Below the pieces are notes generated by a model. That model was not told the DNA's origin. It ran no database searches and saw only the letters and a program-made list of their open reading frames with translations. The position numbers and the translations under genes were made by a program. A stretch of DNA of 63,780 bases, the filler included, from Octopus bimaculoides (taxonomy: Eukaryota): the NCBI RefSeq assembly GCF_001194135.2. It is 6 parts of 5 records of this genome, joined end to end, with 100 filler letters (N's around TTAATTAATTAA, not from the genome) between each part and the next. Parts side by side here need not be neighbours in the genome. Positions count along the whole stretch, not along the records: positions 1 to 16,516 come from NC_068991.1; positions 16,617 to 30,971 come from NC_069002.1; 4 more parts are not named here. One strand, 5' to 3'. Below, piece after piece: positions 11,711 to 24,553 of the stretch. Position 1 is the stretch's first letter; each line of letters begins with the position of its first letter.

Positions 11711-11966
11711 NNNNNNNNNNNNNNNNNNNNNNNNNNNNNNNNNNNNNNNNNNNNNNNNNNNNNNNNNNNNNNNNNNNNNNNNNNNNNNNNNNNNNNNNNN
11801 NNNNNNNNNNNNNNNNNNNNNNNNNNNNNNNNNNNNNNNNNGAGAGGAATATTTTGCAGTCCGCGCAAGAAATTGCGATTGGAAGTCAGGTGAGCAAAAA
11901 CTAAAATGTGTGAAGGGGTGGAAGAAAGAGTGAGGGTGAAAGAGTTCCTTGGAGAGAAAAGAGAGA

Positions 11967-12013
<47 letters not shown>

Positions 12014-12326
12014 TTTAACTGCTACATATGAAAATTTGTGGATGAGTCATGAAAATAATGATAAATATGATGATAACGAAGAGCACAGTGATTATGATGA
12101 TGATGATGATGATGACGATGATGATTACTATCGTCATCATCGTCATCATCGTCGTCGTCATGAGACAGGACGACATCAATAAAAATAAATATTGATGATG
12201 ATGTCCATGATGTTGTTGTTGGTGGTGGTGGTGATGTAATAAAACACACAAACACAGCTGAACAACTGTCGTCTGCCAAAGGAAAAAAAAAGAAACTAAA
12301 AGCTATGGCAGCTGTCATCTTTTGCC

Positions 12327-12381
<55 letters not shown>

Positions 12382-12663
12382 TCTCATGATAATAATGATC
12401 GATCAGACTTAATGGTAATCAAAGGTGTTTCAGCCGTGACAATTCTGGTCCCCTCCCTTCTATTTGCAGGGAACTAAGGGGCTGCATTAGCCAACATGTC
12501 CTCTTTTAAAAAGACGACAGTGTGAGTTGAGAGAAACTTCGCTGCTATTTCTAGCAGGTCGTGTAAACCGCGCAGAGATTCGACAGCAGTAGTGGTAGTA
12601 GTTATGAAAAGAAGGAGAGAGAGGGAGGGATAAAAGAGAGAGATAGACAAAGACAGAAATAGG

Positions 12664-12699
<36 letters not shown>

Positions 12700-13039
12700 A
12701 TAGAATGCTGCACCCACTAGACTGTGAAAGTTCTTTGCCCAACCCAATCACATGCACTAAAATGGTCTGAGATTCTTTAAACGAGGAAACTCCCAAGACA
12801 CTCCTATTGGATAAATCACCAGCTTTGCCCCCCCTCCCCGCGTTGTTTCTATCATCACGACAATATTCTATTCCATCACTCCTTATGGTCTAAACCAGCA
12901 TTTTCCAACTTTTGTAACCCTTGCGGAACCTTTCAAATAACCCCAATGTCTCAGGGTACCCCATTCACCACCAGCACCACCACTCGAGAGAAAACTGAGG
13001 CTACAGACTTGCATAAAGTAAGCGTCATTTAATATCAGG

Positions 13040-13290
13040 AAACATGGACATTGATGATGATAAATCTTTTTGACAAACCAGAAGCTTTTGAAATGTGGAC
13101 AAAGAAGAATGTTAAGAATATTTTGGACTAATGCAGCGGTGCTACAACTAACAAATCCAAAAAGATCTTTACTCTCAATTATGTAGAAAAAAGGAAGCTA
13201 CGGTACTTTGATGACATAGTAGGAGTACAAGGTATACCTAGACTTATTACTAGAAGGAGAGATAAATGGTAAACGCTCGAGAGGAACATT
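13040..13290 (+). mobile_element. RTE-type LINE C-terminal fragment
   Basis: Translates with frameshifts to PEAFEMW...KRKLRYF...LLLEGEINGKRSRG, typical RTE ORF end. Confidence 0.7.
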
Positions 13291-13302
13291 TAGAATTGAT
13301 TG

Positions 13303-13370
13303 ACTGTGTCACGCTGAATCTCCCCGAGAACTACGTTTAAGGATACATGTGTCTGTGGAGTACATGCTTA
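13303..13370 (+). mobile_element. Nin-like SINE fragment
   Basis: TGTGTCACGCTGAATCTCCCCGAGAACTACGTT matches the minus strand of 1150-1215. Confidence 0.6.
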
Positions 13371-14287
13371 AAAACTAAGTTTACAGTTAATTCTTTCAAA
13401 ATTCTTATTTTGTTTTCAACCCGTACACTTATGTCGGTTTACAAAAGCGCAATCTAAGAGGACGTTTCAATGGCCGGAAACACATAAGGTTATGTAAAAA
13501 CACTAGAGAAAAAAAAAGAAGAAAACCTGGGTGTTTCTTGCAATAATAACACAAATTTTGTCATATACCCTTAAAACGCTATTTAAAACACCCCGAATTT
13601 ACCATTTTGCCTGTGTGAACCTCTGACCCCCAGGGGTTATATAGACCCAAGCTGAGAACCTTTCGTAAAACGTATGGTCCTTCTCATGCTTGAGATGACA
13701 GCACTTGACTCAAGTTCTGTAACTCTTATGTTGCTGGTTAACATGTCTAAATGTGTGTGCTTGTATCTTCCACCACACAAGCATTGTCTATCTGTTCATC
13801 ACAACCACCACCGCCATGGCAATATATCCGTCCCCCCACCCCCACCCCGCCGCCGCCTTCGAACCTCCACCATCCGGCCCTGACCCAAATCCGCTGTCAT
13901 CCAATAACCTATTACTACTACTACTACTACTACTACATCTAAAACCTTTTCTACTATTTTCCCACGCTCTTACTTAAAATGCATCTCACCCCCTCCCCCA
14001 CTTCTCATTACCCCCCACTCACTTCATCTCTCACCACATCTTTCTATCTGTCTATCTGCCTCTCCCTCCCTCACTTCCCCCTTTCTCTCTCCATCTCCCT
14101 CTCCCTCTTTCTCTCATCCCCTCCGTTCTAACGTCGTTCTCTCTTTCTTTCTTTCTCTTTTCTCCCTCCTTTCCCACCTTATTCGAACTCATCCTTTTGC
14201 TCTAAACAACAGCGTAAATATACACACGCCACACTCACACACATACACAGAGATGTGTAATATAAACATATGCACATATATAACATT

Positions 14288-14321
<34 letters not shown>

Positions 14322-15136
14322 NNNNNNNNNNNNNNNNNNNNNNNNNNNNNNNNNNNNNNNNNNNNNNNNNNNNNNNNNNNNNNNNNNNNNNNNNNNNNNN
14401 NNNNNNNNNNNNNNNNNNNNNNNNNNNNNNNNNNNNNNNNNNNNNNNNNNNNNNNNNNNNNNNNNNNNNNNNNNNNNNNNNNNNNNNNNNNNNNNNNNNN
14501 NNNNNNNNNNNNNNNNNNNNNNNNNNNNNNNNNNNNNNNNNNNNNNNNNNNNNNNNNNNNNNNNNNNNNNNNNNNNNNNNNNNNNNNNNNNNNNNNNNNN
14601 NNNNNNNNNNNNNNNNNNNNNNNNNNNNNNNNNNNNNNNNNNNNNNNNNNNNNNNNNNNNNNNNNNNNNNNNNNNNNNNNNNNNNNNNNNNNNNNNNNNN
14701 NNNNNNNNNNNNNNNNNNNNNNNNNNNNNNNNNNNNNNNNNNNNNNNNNNNNNNNNNNNNNNNNNNNNNNNNNNNNNNNNNNNNNNNNNNNNNNNNNNNN
14801 NNNNNNNNNNNNNNNNNNNNNNNNNNNNNNNNNNNNNNNNNNNNNNNNNNNNNNNNNNNNNNNNNNNNNNNNNNNNNNNNNNNNNNNNNNNNNNNNNNNN
14901 NNNNNNNNNNNNNNNNNNNNNNNNNNNNNNNNNNNNNNNNNNNNNNNNNNNNNNNNNNNNNNNNNNNNNNNNNNNNNNNNNNNNNNNNNNNNNNNNNNNN
15001 NNNNNNNNNNNNNNNNNNNNNNNNNNNNNNNNNNNNNNNNNNNNNNNNNNNNNNNNNNNNNNNNNNNNNNNNNNNNNNNNNNNNNNNNNNNNNNNNNNNN
15101 NNNNNNNNNNNNNNNNNNNNNNNNNNNNNNNNNNNN

Positions 15137-15184
<48 letters not shown>

Positions 15185-15358
15185 AGTATATATGCGAATA
15201 TGTGACGTATATAGGTGCGTGTGGGGAGGAGGGGAGTGTGTATAATTCCTCTCTGTCTGATATCAGTCGTACCTAATGACCTAGATTATACGCATTCACT
15301 AAACTAAATTATATAAACAGCACAACGTAGGAAAGTAATTAAACAATGCTTTCGTAAC

Positions 15359-15397
<39 letters not shown>

Positions 15398-16162
15398 ATA
15401 CACAGACGAATATACACACACTCGCACGCACACATTCACATACGCTGACACAGAAATACGCAAATATTTATAACCCTTATTATATAGGCTCATATACACA
15501 CCTTTTACACTAATTTATGTTTATACTCCCATAAACAGACACACACACACACATACACGCACACGCATACATCACCACACATTCATCATACGCGTTTCTC
15601 TCTCTTCCGGTTGTCCAGTTAAAGCTGATAGCGAAGCTCCGGTTCATTAACACTAAGAGGTATAATAAAGCAACCGTCATGTCCTAGGCTCACAATTTCT
15701 ATTGTAGGTGGAATACGTAGGCGAATGTAACGGCGGTGTTGGTGGCCAGGGACTATTAGAGGGGGTGTGATGAGGTGGGAGTTAGCCGGTACGTTGGAAA
15801 GCCAGCCCCGTGAATACATAACGAAGCCCTCATCCGCAATGGGGTAGCTACAAGTGTGTACAGTTCGGGGTAAACACACGTGTTTGCCACCCCAGCAATG
15901 TAATCTATACATCGTATAGGGGAACCTTTTTTTCCCGAGAAACGGGCTGCATGAGGCACAACTCATCATCAGGCGGGCCACACTACGAGAAAAAGTCACG
16001 GTGAATTTTTGTTAGGCGTGTTTTTCAGAAAGTTCTGCTCCTGACTGGTCCACAGGCTTGTACGGCAGACCAAATATTTCCGCCCTTATAAAGCGTGGTC
16101 CGGAGCAGACCGTAGTCCTAGCTCCCGCCCATATTAGCTCCACTACTGCTCATTCGATACAT

Positions 16163-16503
16163 CTCCCTGGACTTATTCTTTGTAAGTCTAGTACTTATTC
16201 TATCGGCCACTTTTGCCGAACCGCTGAATTACGGGGACGTAAACATACCAGCATCGGTTGTCAAACGATGTTGGGGGCGGGGCACAAACATATACACACA
16301 CACACACGCACCCCTCCCCCCCCCATATATATATATACATATACGACGGGCTTCTTCCAGTTTCCTTCTACCAAATCTACTCACAAGGCTTTGGTTGGCC
16401 TGAGGCTATAGTAGAAGACACTTGCCCAAGGTGCCACACAGTGGGACTGAACCGAGGACCATGTGGTTGGTAAGCAAGCTACTTACCACACAGCCACTCC
16501 TGC
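16163..16503 (-). mobile_element. SINE family B, tail truncated
   Basis: Clean match to family B head and body. Confidence 0.85.
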
Positions 16504-16516
16504 TCCTATGTATATT

Positions 16517-16616
16517 NNNNNNNNNNNNNNNNNNNNNNNNNNNNNNNNNNNNNNNNNNNNTTAATTAATTAANNNNNNNNNNNNNNNNNNNNNNNNNNNN
16601 NNNNNNNNNNNNNNNN
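16517..16616. other. Artificial scaffold join (44 N + TTAATTAATTAA + 44 N)
   Basis: Identical 100-bp structure also at 30972-31071, 38934-39033, 51963-52062 and 59001-59100. Confidence 0.9.
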
Positions 16617-16933
16617 TTGAAATGTGCATAGGTTTGGCTTATTGTGGTTGTTTCTGTTATTATAATTGTTGCTGCAATAAAGTATCTTCAATGCATTGAT
16701 TTTGAGCTCTATCCTTTAAGAGACATGTATACATATATATATACAAAAACTCAACTGTGAGTTTTTGGCTAAGACTGTTAACAGATACTATATATTTTGT
16801 AAAATTTGTTTTATAAAAGTATATATTTAATATATATACACGTGTGTAAATCTTGGTGTCCGTATTTGTCCCCTGTCACGACAAAGAGAGAGGGAGGGGT
16901 AGAGAGTAGAGAAAGAGAGAGAGATGTACACGC

Positions 16934-16997
<64 letters not shown>

Positions 16998-17019
16998 GCT
17001 TACAGTATTCGCCACCTCA

Positions 17020-17335
17020 CCTCGCTATGGCTTAGCAGCCTTTTCTGTTTGTTTTCACTGTCCTGCTTTTGTTACCAACTTTGACCCTCCGCAAGTCCCA
17101 AATTTTATTTTGCTTTGCAGGAGCAACTGTTTTTTCGAAGACAGATCTTGTCGTAATTGCTCAGAAATATAGAGTAGATAAGCAGCCGACAACTGATGAA
17201 GGGTCGTTCTTTATGTTACTTGTCTTGTTTTCCATTTGTTTCTTTCGTGGTTCGCAAAAGAAGTTCGTATTCCATGTTTTCGTATTTCCTGTTGTTTACG
17301 TTTTATGACGTCCTGTACCCATATATGCATATTTA
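17020..17335 (+). repeat. Interspersed repeat, homologous to 40520-40860 (minus)
   Basis: Shared CACTGTCCTG...AACTTTGACCCTCC, CAGCCGACAACTGATGAA.GG and GACGTCCTGTACCCATATATGCAT. Confidence 0.75.
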
Positions 17336-17403
17336 TATACATATATATGTAAGTTTGTACATATATGTATGTATATATGCATATATATTTTTTATTTATA
17401 TTT

Positions 17404-17444
<41 letters not shown>

Positions 17445-18300
17445 GATAAAAACAGAAGACGGAATGTACCAACAAAAAAATTTATATTACCACAATAATT
17501 TTTTCAAGATGCCCTGCCCCCTTGTGGGCGTGGAACGATGCTATAACACCAGATGCAACTCACAGTGCATTCAAGACTCATCAGGCGTGATAATACGGTT
17601 TTAAACTGGGAGATTTACATTTGAGTTTTGCTGTATTGAGAGATTTTAACAGTTAGACAGACGCACAGACAAACAGACGCGCACGTTCATAAGTTCAAGT
17701 CAATGCAAAGACATATAGACGCACAGATTAATAATTATACTCGTGGGCACACACCAGCACACACCACCACATGTATGTATGTATGTATGTATGTATGTAT
17801 GGATGTATGCATGTATGTATGGATGTATATCATTCACACACCTACACACACGGATACGTCCCGCAGGGCACAAAAATTCATCCACCCAGACACATACAAA
17901 GATCATATCAACACTGCTTCCATAGAGCACACGCACGCATTCACACATTTACAGCCACAGACACTCACACAGGCATACTCACATCCTCACGTAATGCTCA
18001 AAGATCCCACACACACATACGCACACATATGCACACACGCACACACACATACACACCCACACACGCACACACGCACACACACACCATCACGCCCACTGCA
18101 CAGGACATAGAGATCGAAATGTACATATCTCACATGTCTGCAGGCATGTACCCTTATACACTCACAGAATTATACACACACACACACACGTTCGTAGACA
18201 GATATACATATGTACATATCAGTACACATCATGGACTTCCACTCGGCACATATATACACATACAGGCATATAGGAATGCGTTAACTCTGCACTTACATGG

Positions 18301-18338
<38 letters not shown>

Positions 18339-18519
18339 AAAACTACTCAGTCACACATGCAGGCATAGAAGAATAAACAGCACATAGGCAAAAGCCCACA
18401 TACCTCTCCATGGCCAAAAGCCCCCCCCACACACACACACACCTGTCCATGGGCAAAAGCGCCCACACTTATCCATGGGTACATAGCAATATATGGAATG
18501 ATTGTGTGATGTTGATTGA

Positions 18520-18790
18520 TCAATGTAGATTATGGCAGTTCGGTGCTGTGTTCACAGGGTGGTAATCCGTTCAGTTAATTTATTAATGGCCTTCTCCCTA
18601 GTAAGCAAGATTGATAGAGATTCCTCAGAACACAATCTCCAGGTCTTAGAATACGTGTTGTAGGGTTTTGAATATTTTATAATTAACCATGAAATCTCAT
18701 ATTTAATACTGTCGGTTTTCAATAGCCATAGAAAATCCGCCACTTATTTTCTTAACCTTAATGTTTTAGCCTTATATTTAATTTGTTCTT
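18520..18790 (-). mobile_element. Penelope-like element, GIY-YIG endonuclease C-terminal fragment
   Basis: ORF 18552-18743 FLWLLKTDSIKYEISWLIIKYSKPYNTYSKTWRLCSEE..IL...INKLTE fits the PLE C-terminal pattern (IW.LK...Y.I.W.I...AKPY....K.C.LC..E...I...LNKRSE). Confidence 0.65.
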
Positions 18791-18854
18791 GTATGTGTGT
18801 GTGTGTAATTATATGTATATATATATATATGTGTGTGAGTGTGTATGTGTATGT

Positions 18855-18924
<70 letters not shown>

Positions 18925-19096
18925 AAAACAGGGAAATGGAAATTTTTTGATACTATTTATCCTCCATTACACGTGTTTCATTTTCTAATAGGAATTATGA
19001 AAATTTACATGTTATATAGACATATAAGAAATTTACTATTAGAAAAGCGGTAACTGCTTGGATAACATAACTACCATTATACATGAATAAATAAGC

Positions 19097-19190
<94 letters not shown>

Positions 19191-19839
19191 TTAGACATAC
19201 AAGTATATATATATCCTGACCTACAGACTTAGTTGGACTCTAACTCTGTTAATGAGGTCTAATAGATCGAAACATATCCTTAGTTATCCTTAGTCTCCAA
19301 ACACAAAGTTGAGGCTCTCCTTTTCCTATATTAACTTGAGAAATGCATACTTAATTTCTATAAATTACCCAACTTCTCTTTGAGAATTTCAGCTTGAGGT
19401 TTTTCCTTCCTTCTCGTTTTCTGCCACTTGCATTTAATTAAATTAACCAGCTTCTCCTCATTATAACTATAGAATAGTACAGGATGCTTAAACACCGTCA
19501 ACAAAAGCTAAGAACAGCGATATTTGTCGAGATTTTCGTCAATGAAGCGGACAGTTGACCAACTGACCAATTGCACAGGTCCATGCGTGTAAACAAAAAT
19601 AGTGAACATGATGATAATCCCTACTGTATATCAGCCATCTTGAAGAAGTTATATTAATGGGAGGTTCNNNNNNNNNNNNNNNNNNNNNNNNNNNNNNNNN
19701 NNNNNNNNNNNNNNNNNNNNNNNNNNNNNNNNNNNNNNNNNNNNNNNNNNNNNNNNNNNNNNNNNNNNNNNNNNNNNNNNNNNNNNNNNNNNNNNNNNNN
19801 NNNNNNNNNNNNNNNNATATATATATATATATATATATC

Positions 19840-20030
19840 GATTTCTATATTTAAGAGATGCGGAATTATGTACATTATTTACATTTGACGAATATTTGTT
19901 CCTCATCTTGTTTGTTATTAACACGATGTTTCGGCTGATATAGCCTCCAGTCTTCATCAGGATGGAGCCGAAACGTCGTGTTAACAACAAACAAGATGAG
20001 AACAAATATCCGTCAAATGTAAATAATGTA
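19840..20030. repeat. Fold-back (inverted) copy of the hammerhead-bearing element
   Basis: About 66-bp arms 19870-19936 and 19966-20030 around a 29-bp spacer containing TCATCAG; same family as 32890-33345. Confidence 0.85.
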
Positions 20031-20040
20031 TATATATATA

Positions 20041-20098
<58 letters not shown>

Positions 20099-20129
20099 GT
20101 GTGTGTGTATGTATGTATTATGTATGTTT

Positions 20130-20350
20130 GTGTCTTTGTGTCTGTGTTTGTCCTCCGTTACCGCTTGACAACCGGTGTTGGTGTTTTTACATCATCGTAA
20201 CATAGCGGTTCAGCAAAAGGGAATGATAAAATAAATACTAGCTTCAAAAAAAAAAGGCCTGGGTACGATTTTTTCCACTAAGACCCTTCAAGACAGTGCT
20301 CCAGTATGGCCGCAGTCAAATGACTGAAACACGTAAAAGAATAAAAGAAT
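20130..20350 (+). mobile_element. SINE family B, 3' half
   Basis: CGCTTGACAACCGGTGTTGG...CCAGTATGGCCGCAGTCAAATGACTGAAAC. Confidence 0.8.
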
Positions 20351-20669
20351 AAGAGATTAGAGAAAAGTTATAGAATGGGAATAGAGCTACAAAAAACATA
20401 CAACACTACGATAAAAATAGTTTTAGGGATAATTCAAACAACATTCGAAAGGATTAAAATAAATAAAGAAAAACAAATCTGTCTTACAACCCATAAGTTC
20501 AGAAGGATTAACGAACAGATGTGCAGAAGGAATGTTTAACAGTTTGGTTTCTATAAGTAATTACAGATAGATTGACTGTACTAATATGATTCTTTAGTTT
20601 CTTTGTCGGACAGAGAGCGCGGTTTGAAAATGAGGTGCCAATCTGAGAGCGTTCACTCGAAATATGCGG

Positions 20670-20712
<43 letters not shown>

Positions 20713-21816
20713 TGCAGATTAAAATATTTCGATTATCAAATTTGTCGATAGAAATATGAATACAAAGTAATGCAGCATTTCTTGGTGTTGTCCTATAACA
20801 CAAATTCTTTAGTTATTTATGTATATTCTTTTTAACGAATTATGATTTTTAATATAAATTTACCTTGAAATCTAAATTGATTTTTACATCATACAAATTC
20901 AATGTTCCGATAATAGCAGTAGATTTTGAAGAATTTTTTCTATACATATTAAACTTGATTGCGTTTATCTAGATTAATAGAAAGATAAGATATCACGTTC
21001 AGAATCTTAACATATTGCTGACCTATGTTAAACAGTCTTCTTCATTAAAAATACCTGTATATTATTCATAACCATGTGTAGCCATTTTACACAATGTTTA
21101 TATTATTATGTTGTCTTCACGCCACTGGCGATATCGGTGTTGAAGTTGGTATATCACATTTTTAATATATTTAGAATTCACCTATAATTTGTGAGATAAT
21201 AATTGCAGATATTATTAATGGCGTGTTGAAGAATATGTAAATCAGCGAGCTAAAATTTATTTAAAGAGTCTTAAGCGATATGAAGTCGAACAATGGCATC
21301 AATAAAGCAAAGCGCTCCAGTCGCCAATTCACTATAATACAGTTAATTATGTTGGCAAACGTGTATATTGAGGAATGTGACGACCATGCCATGGTATTTC
21401 AATTAAATTATAAATTTAAATGAATTATATGTATAGTTGTAAGAAATTTCCACTGTATATATTTCAACTTACTTAGCTGCACTTACATTTTAATTCTTAT
21501 GTAGAATTTGAGCAAATTTATCAATAAAAAGTTAGAGAATGTAATTTTAATTTTAAAAGAAATGAAATTATATTCTACACGTTATCGAATTATTGAAAAA
21601 TTAGATTATTTTCAATATTAATTATGACGACAAGTTACATAATATAGATGAACACCAGAGCGCTAGTGTAGAGGCTAGAGCACGCAAGCACGCACACACA
21701 CGCACACATACACTCACACACATACACACACAGACACACACACATATATTAATATTTCACTTAGTCATAGTAATACTAATAACCAGGTGTTAGAACTCGA
21801 TCTTTTGTCACGTGCT

Positions 21817-21856
<40 letters not shown>

Positions 21857-22248
21857 TCAAGCACACAGACACACGCACGTGTATGTGAGTCTGCGCGGAA
21901 CAAACACAAAAGCAAGTATGTTAATGCATTTAATACTCGTTGTTAGAGAAGTTACGTAAGCGCGCTTGCATATAAACCTACTCAATCGAAACTTTTTAAA
22001 TCGCAGAGCATTATTTAAGAACATTCTGCCATAAATACACGAACTAAATTTATTAAATGTATTCAAAATATTAGAATATCAAGATTTAGTTNNNNNNNNN
22101 NNNNNNNNNNNNNNNNNNNNNNNNNNNNNNNNNNNNNNNNNNNNNNNNNNNNNNNNNNNNNNNNNNNNNNNNNNNNNNNNNNNNNNNNNNNNNNNNNNNN
22201 NNNNNNNNNNNNNNNNNNNNNNNNNNNNNNNNNNNNNNNNNNNNNNNN

Positions 22249-22285
<37 letters not shown>

Positions 22286-22324
22286 GTATATATATATATG
22301 TATATGTATATGTATGCTTACGTG

Positions 22325-22515
22325 CTTGTTCTCCAAATCTTGCTTAACAACCGATGTTGGCATGTTTACATCCGTGTAACTTAGCGGTTCGGCAAAAAAA
22401 AATGATAGAATAATCACTAGGGTTACAAAGAATATGTCCTGGGATCGATTTGTTCGACTAAAGGCGATGCTCCAGCATGGCCGCAGTCAAATGACTGAAA
22501 CAAATTAAAGATAAA
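22325..22515 (+). mobile_element. SINE family B, 3' half
   Basis: TAACTTAGCGGTTCGGCAAAA...CCAGCATGGCCGCAGTCAAATGACTGAAAC. Confidence 0.85.
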
Positions 22516-23109
22516 AAAATATATATACATATATATATGTGTGTGTATGTGTATTTCACCGTCACATTGAAAGTGACTAAGGGTGCCGGAAGCACCAGTA
22601 TTGCTAGAAATAAGAATCAAAAACTCTTTAGATGCAAACAAAGCACATGGGAGACAAGGGGGTCAAAACTTTCCAGAGAAAGCGTGGGTATCACATTAGC
22701 GCGCAAATTTCGCATGAAATTAATGCTTATCAGTGATACTACTTCATTGCTAATGGTGACGTTATGTTCTACTTGTCAGTATTTATGAAATTTACCATAG
22801 GAATCAATGGCTCATAACGGTAATGTAAAAAAGGTAAAAGTAACTGTTAAATGGTAATGTGAAAAATTATAAAATAATTAAGTTACCTAGAAGCAATTTA
22901 GTGAGGGTGAATTATTTCGTTTTTGGTTTCAAAATGCCTCTGGCTATCTTAATTATATCTGTGTGTGGTGTATGTGTGTGTATTATGTAACTATCTATCT
23001 ATTTACTATATATATATATATATATATATATATGCCTCTGTTTGTGTGTATGAAAGGCAATGAGCACGAAACAAATCAAGGGAGGGATACGTATTAATGA
23101 ATGTGTATT

Positions 23110-23620
23110 AGTTTAATGCTTAAAAGGAATGGTAAGAGTTTTGACGTTTTAGATGTTCGTCCTTCATCAGAAGAAAGATAGGAAAGAAAATAGCACTGCT
23201 TGGAACCGCTCGAATTCTCCGGAAGGTACTCAAAAGTTAAGATAGAAAAGATAGAAAAGAAAAAGAGAAAAGAAGAATGGATGAGAAAAATTTGGTCGGA
23301 AGAAAATGGCGAAAAAGTTAAGTGTCTTGTGGGAATGCTGCTCTGTGGGGAGAAATAGGAAGGGAGAAGGAACAAGGTAGCGCGTGCACGTATAGAGGGT
23401 GTCTGTGGACAGAAATAGACATAAGAGATTCTCTGTGTGCTTTTGGTATGAGTGTTGTTTCTTGGTGTGTAAGCCAACAAATGAAAGAAAAAAGCAGCAC
23501 TCAATACATGTACTTGGAGTTTTAAATATATAAGGTATCATTGAAATCTGAGCAGTAGGGAGAAGAACGTTCGACATGAGAACTCTCTTGCATTTCATCG
23601 CTTTATATCCTACCATTACT
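23110..23620 (-). mobile_element. Probable Penelope-like 3'/pLTR region with a degenerate hammerhead
   Basis: Minus strand CTGATGA-A-GGAC-GAAC-ATCT-AAAA-CGTC-AAA at 23139-23175; pyrimidine-rich upstream tract; extent approximate. Confidence 0.45.
23186..23241 (+). mobile_element. 56-bp 3' coding end of an R4-like LINE
   Basis: GAAAATAGCACTGCTTGGAACCGCTCGAATTCTCCGGAAGGTACT matches 24841-24895; encodes KIALLGTARILRKVL. Confidence 0.7.
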
Positions 23621-24362
23621 ACAATTCTTGGTAATGGTGAAATAAGACGTAGACGTCAAAAGAATCTATAAACTTTTGAGAGAGCGTGAAATAATCATTT
23701 TCGAACAATGGATCCAGCAGCACATAGACTTATAAATAATAGCAAGTAAAAATTGTGTTGGAAACCCTTTTGAATAAAAATCGATGGTTGTCTGTAAGGC
23801 ATGTCATGTCTACAGATGTTAGTTCGTGCCCCACGGGCCTCCTTCGATATTTCTATCCAAAAGTGTTTTTGTTTCCAGTACTTACATATTATTATTTATA
23901 GCATTATATGCTTCGAGATTCACTGTCCCCCAAAAAATTCTTTTCGCCCTCTCTTATTTTATGACGTCAACAACATACGATTTTCGTTGGTTACAAAGAA
24001 CTTTCTGAAATTGATAAAGAAATTCGAAGAATTGTTTTATCCAATGGCCAGACGTAGACATTTTAAACACTTCAAAGGATTTCCTTTGCGGCAGGAAAGG
24101 CAAAAATATACTTAGTTTATCCTTCTAAATTACAGCTCAACGATTTCCCACCGGTACGGCAATGAAAATAATAATCTAAAATGAAAATAATAATCAAGAA
24201 TACTTATTGTTTAAATTAAATATTTCCTTCTTACATCTGACTGATTACATCTCATGCTAGTTAACTGTAGCTTATGTTATCACCGATCTCACGATGAAAG
24301 GCATCGTTATTCAAGATGGATTAATGACAGTAATAATGGTAATTATAAATAATTGTTTCAAA

Positions 24363-24553
24363 TTTTTGGCACGAGGCCAGCAGTTTTGGGCGAAGGGCTA
24401 AGTCGATCACATCGACCACTGTGCTCAACTGGTTCTTATTTTATCGACCTCGAAACGATGAAAGGCAAAGTCAACATCTGCAGTGTATAAAGATGGCCGA
24501 AATACGAGCAAGCATTCTGTTCGGATTGCTAGCAATTCTGCTTGCTCGCTGCC
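24363..24553 (-). mobile_element. SINE family A, degenerate
   Basis: Reverse complement matches family A head and body. Confidence 0.7.

Noticed and set aside
11949-12387. Poly-D/H/Y ORFs (also 39035-39274, 56928-57461, 27696-28019)
   Set aside because: Translations of (GAT)n, (GTA)n and (GGT)n runs, open in several frames, with no unique domain.
12880-13670. hAT-like end motifs (CAGCATTTTCCAACTTTT; GCTGAGAACC; also GGTTGGAGACCC near 4000)
   Set aside because: Too short and degenerate to pair as TIRs, and no 8-bp target duplication was found.
15730-15850. Plus-strand RRCWWPG resembling a Ty3/gypsy integrase zinc-region motif
   Set aside because: The following residues lack the C-x2-C motif and the frame closes; no LTR or other pol motifs nearby.
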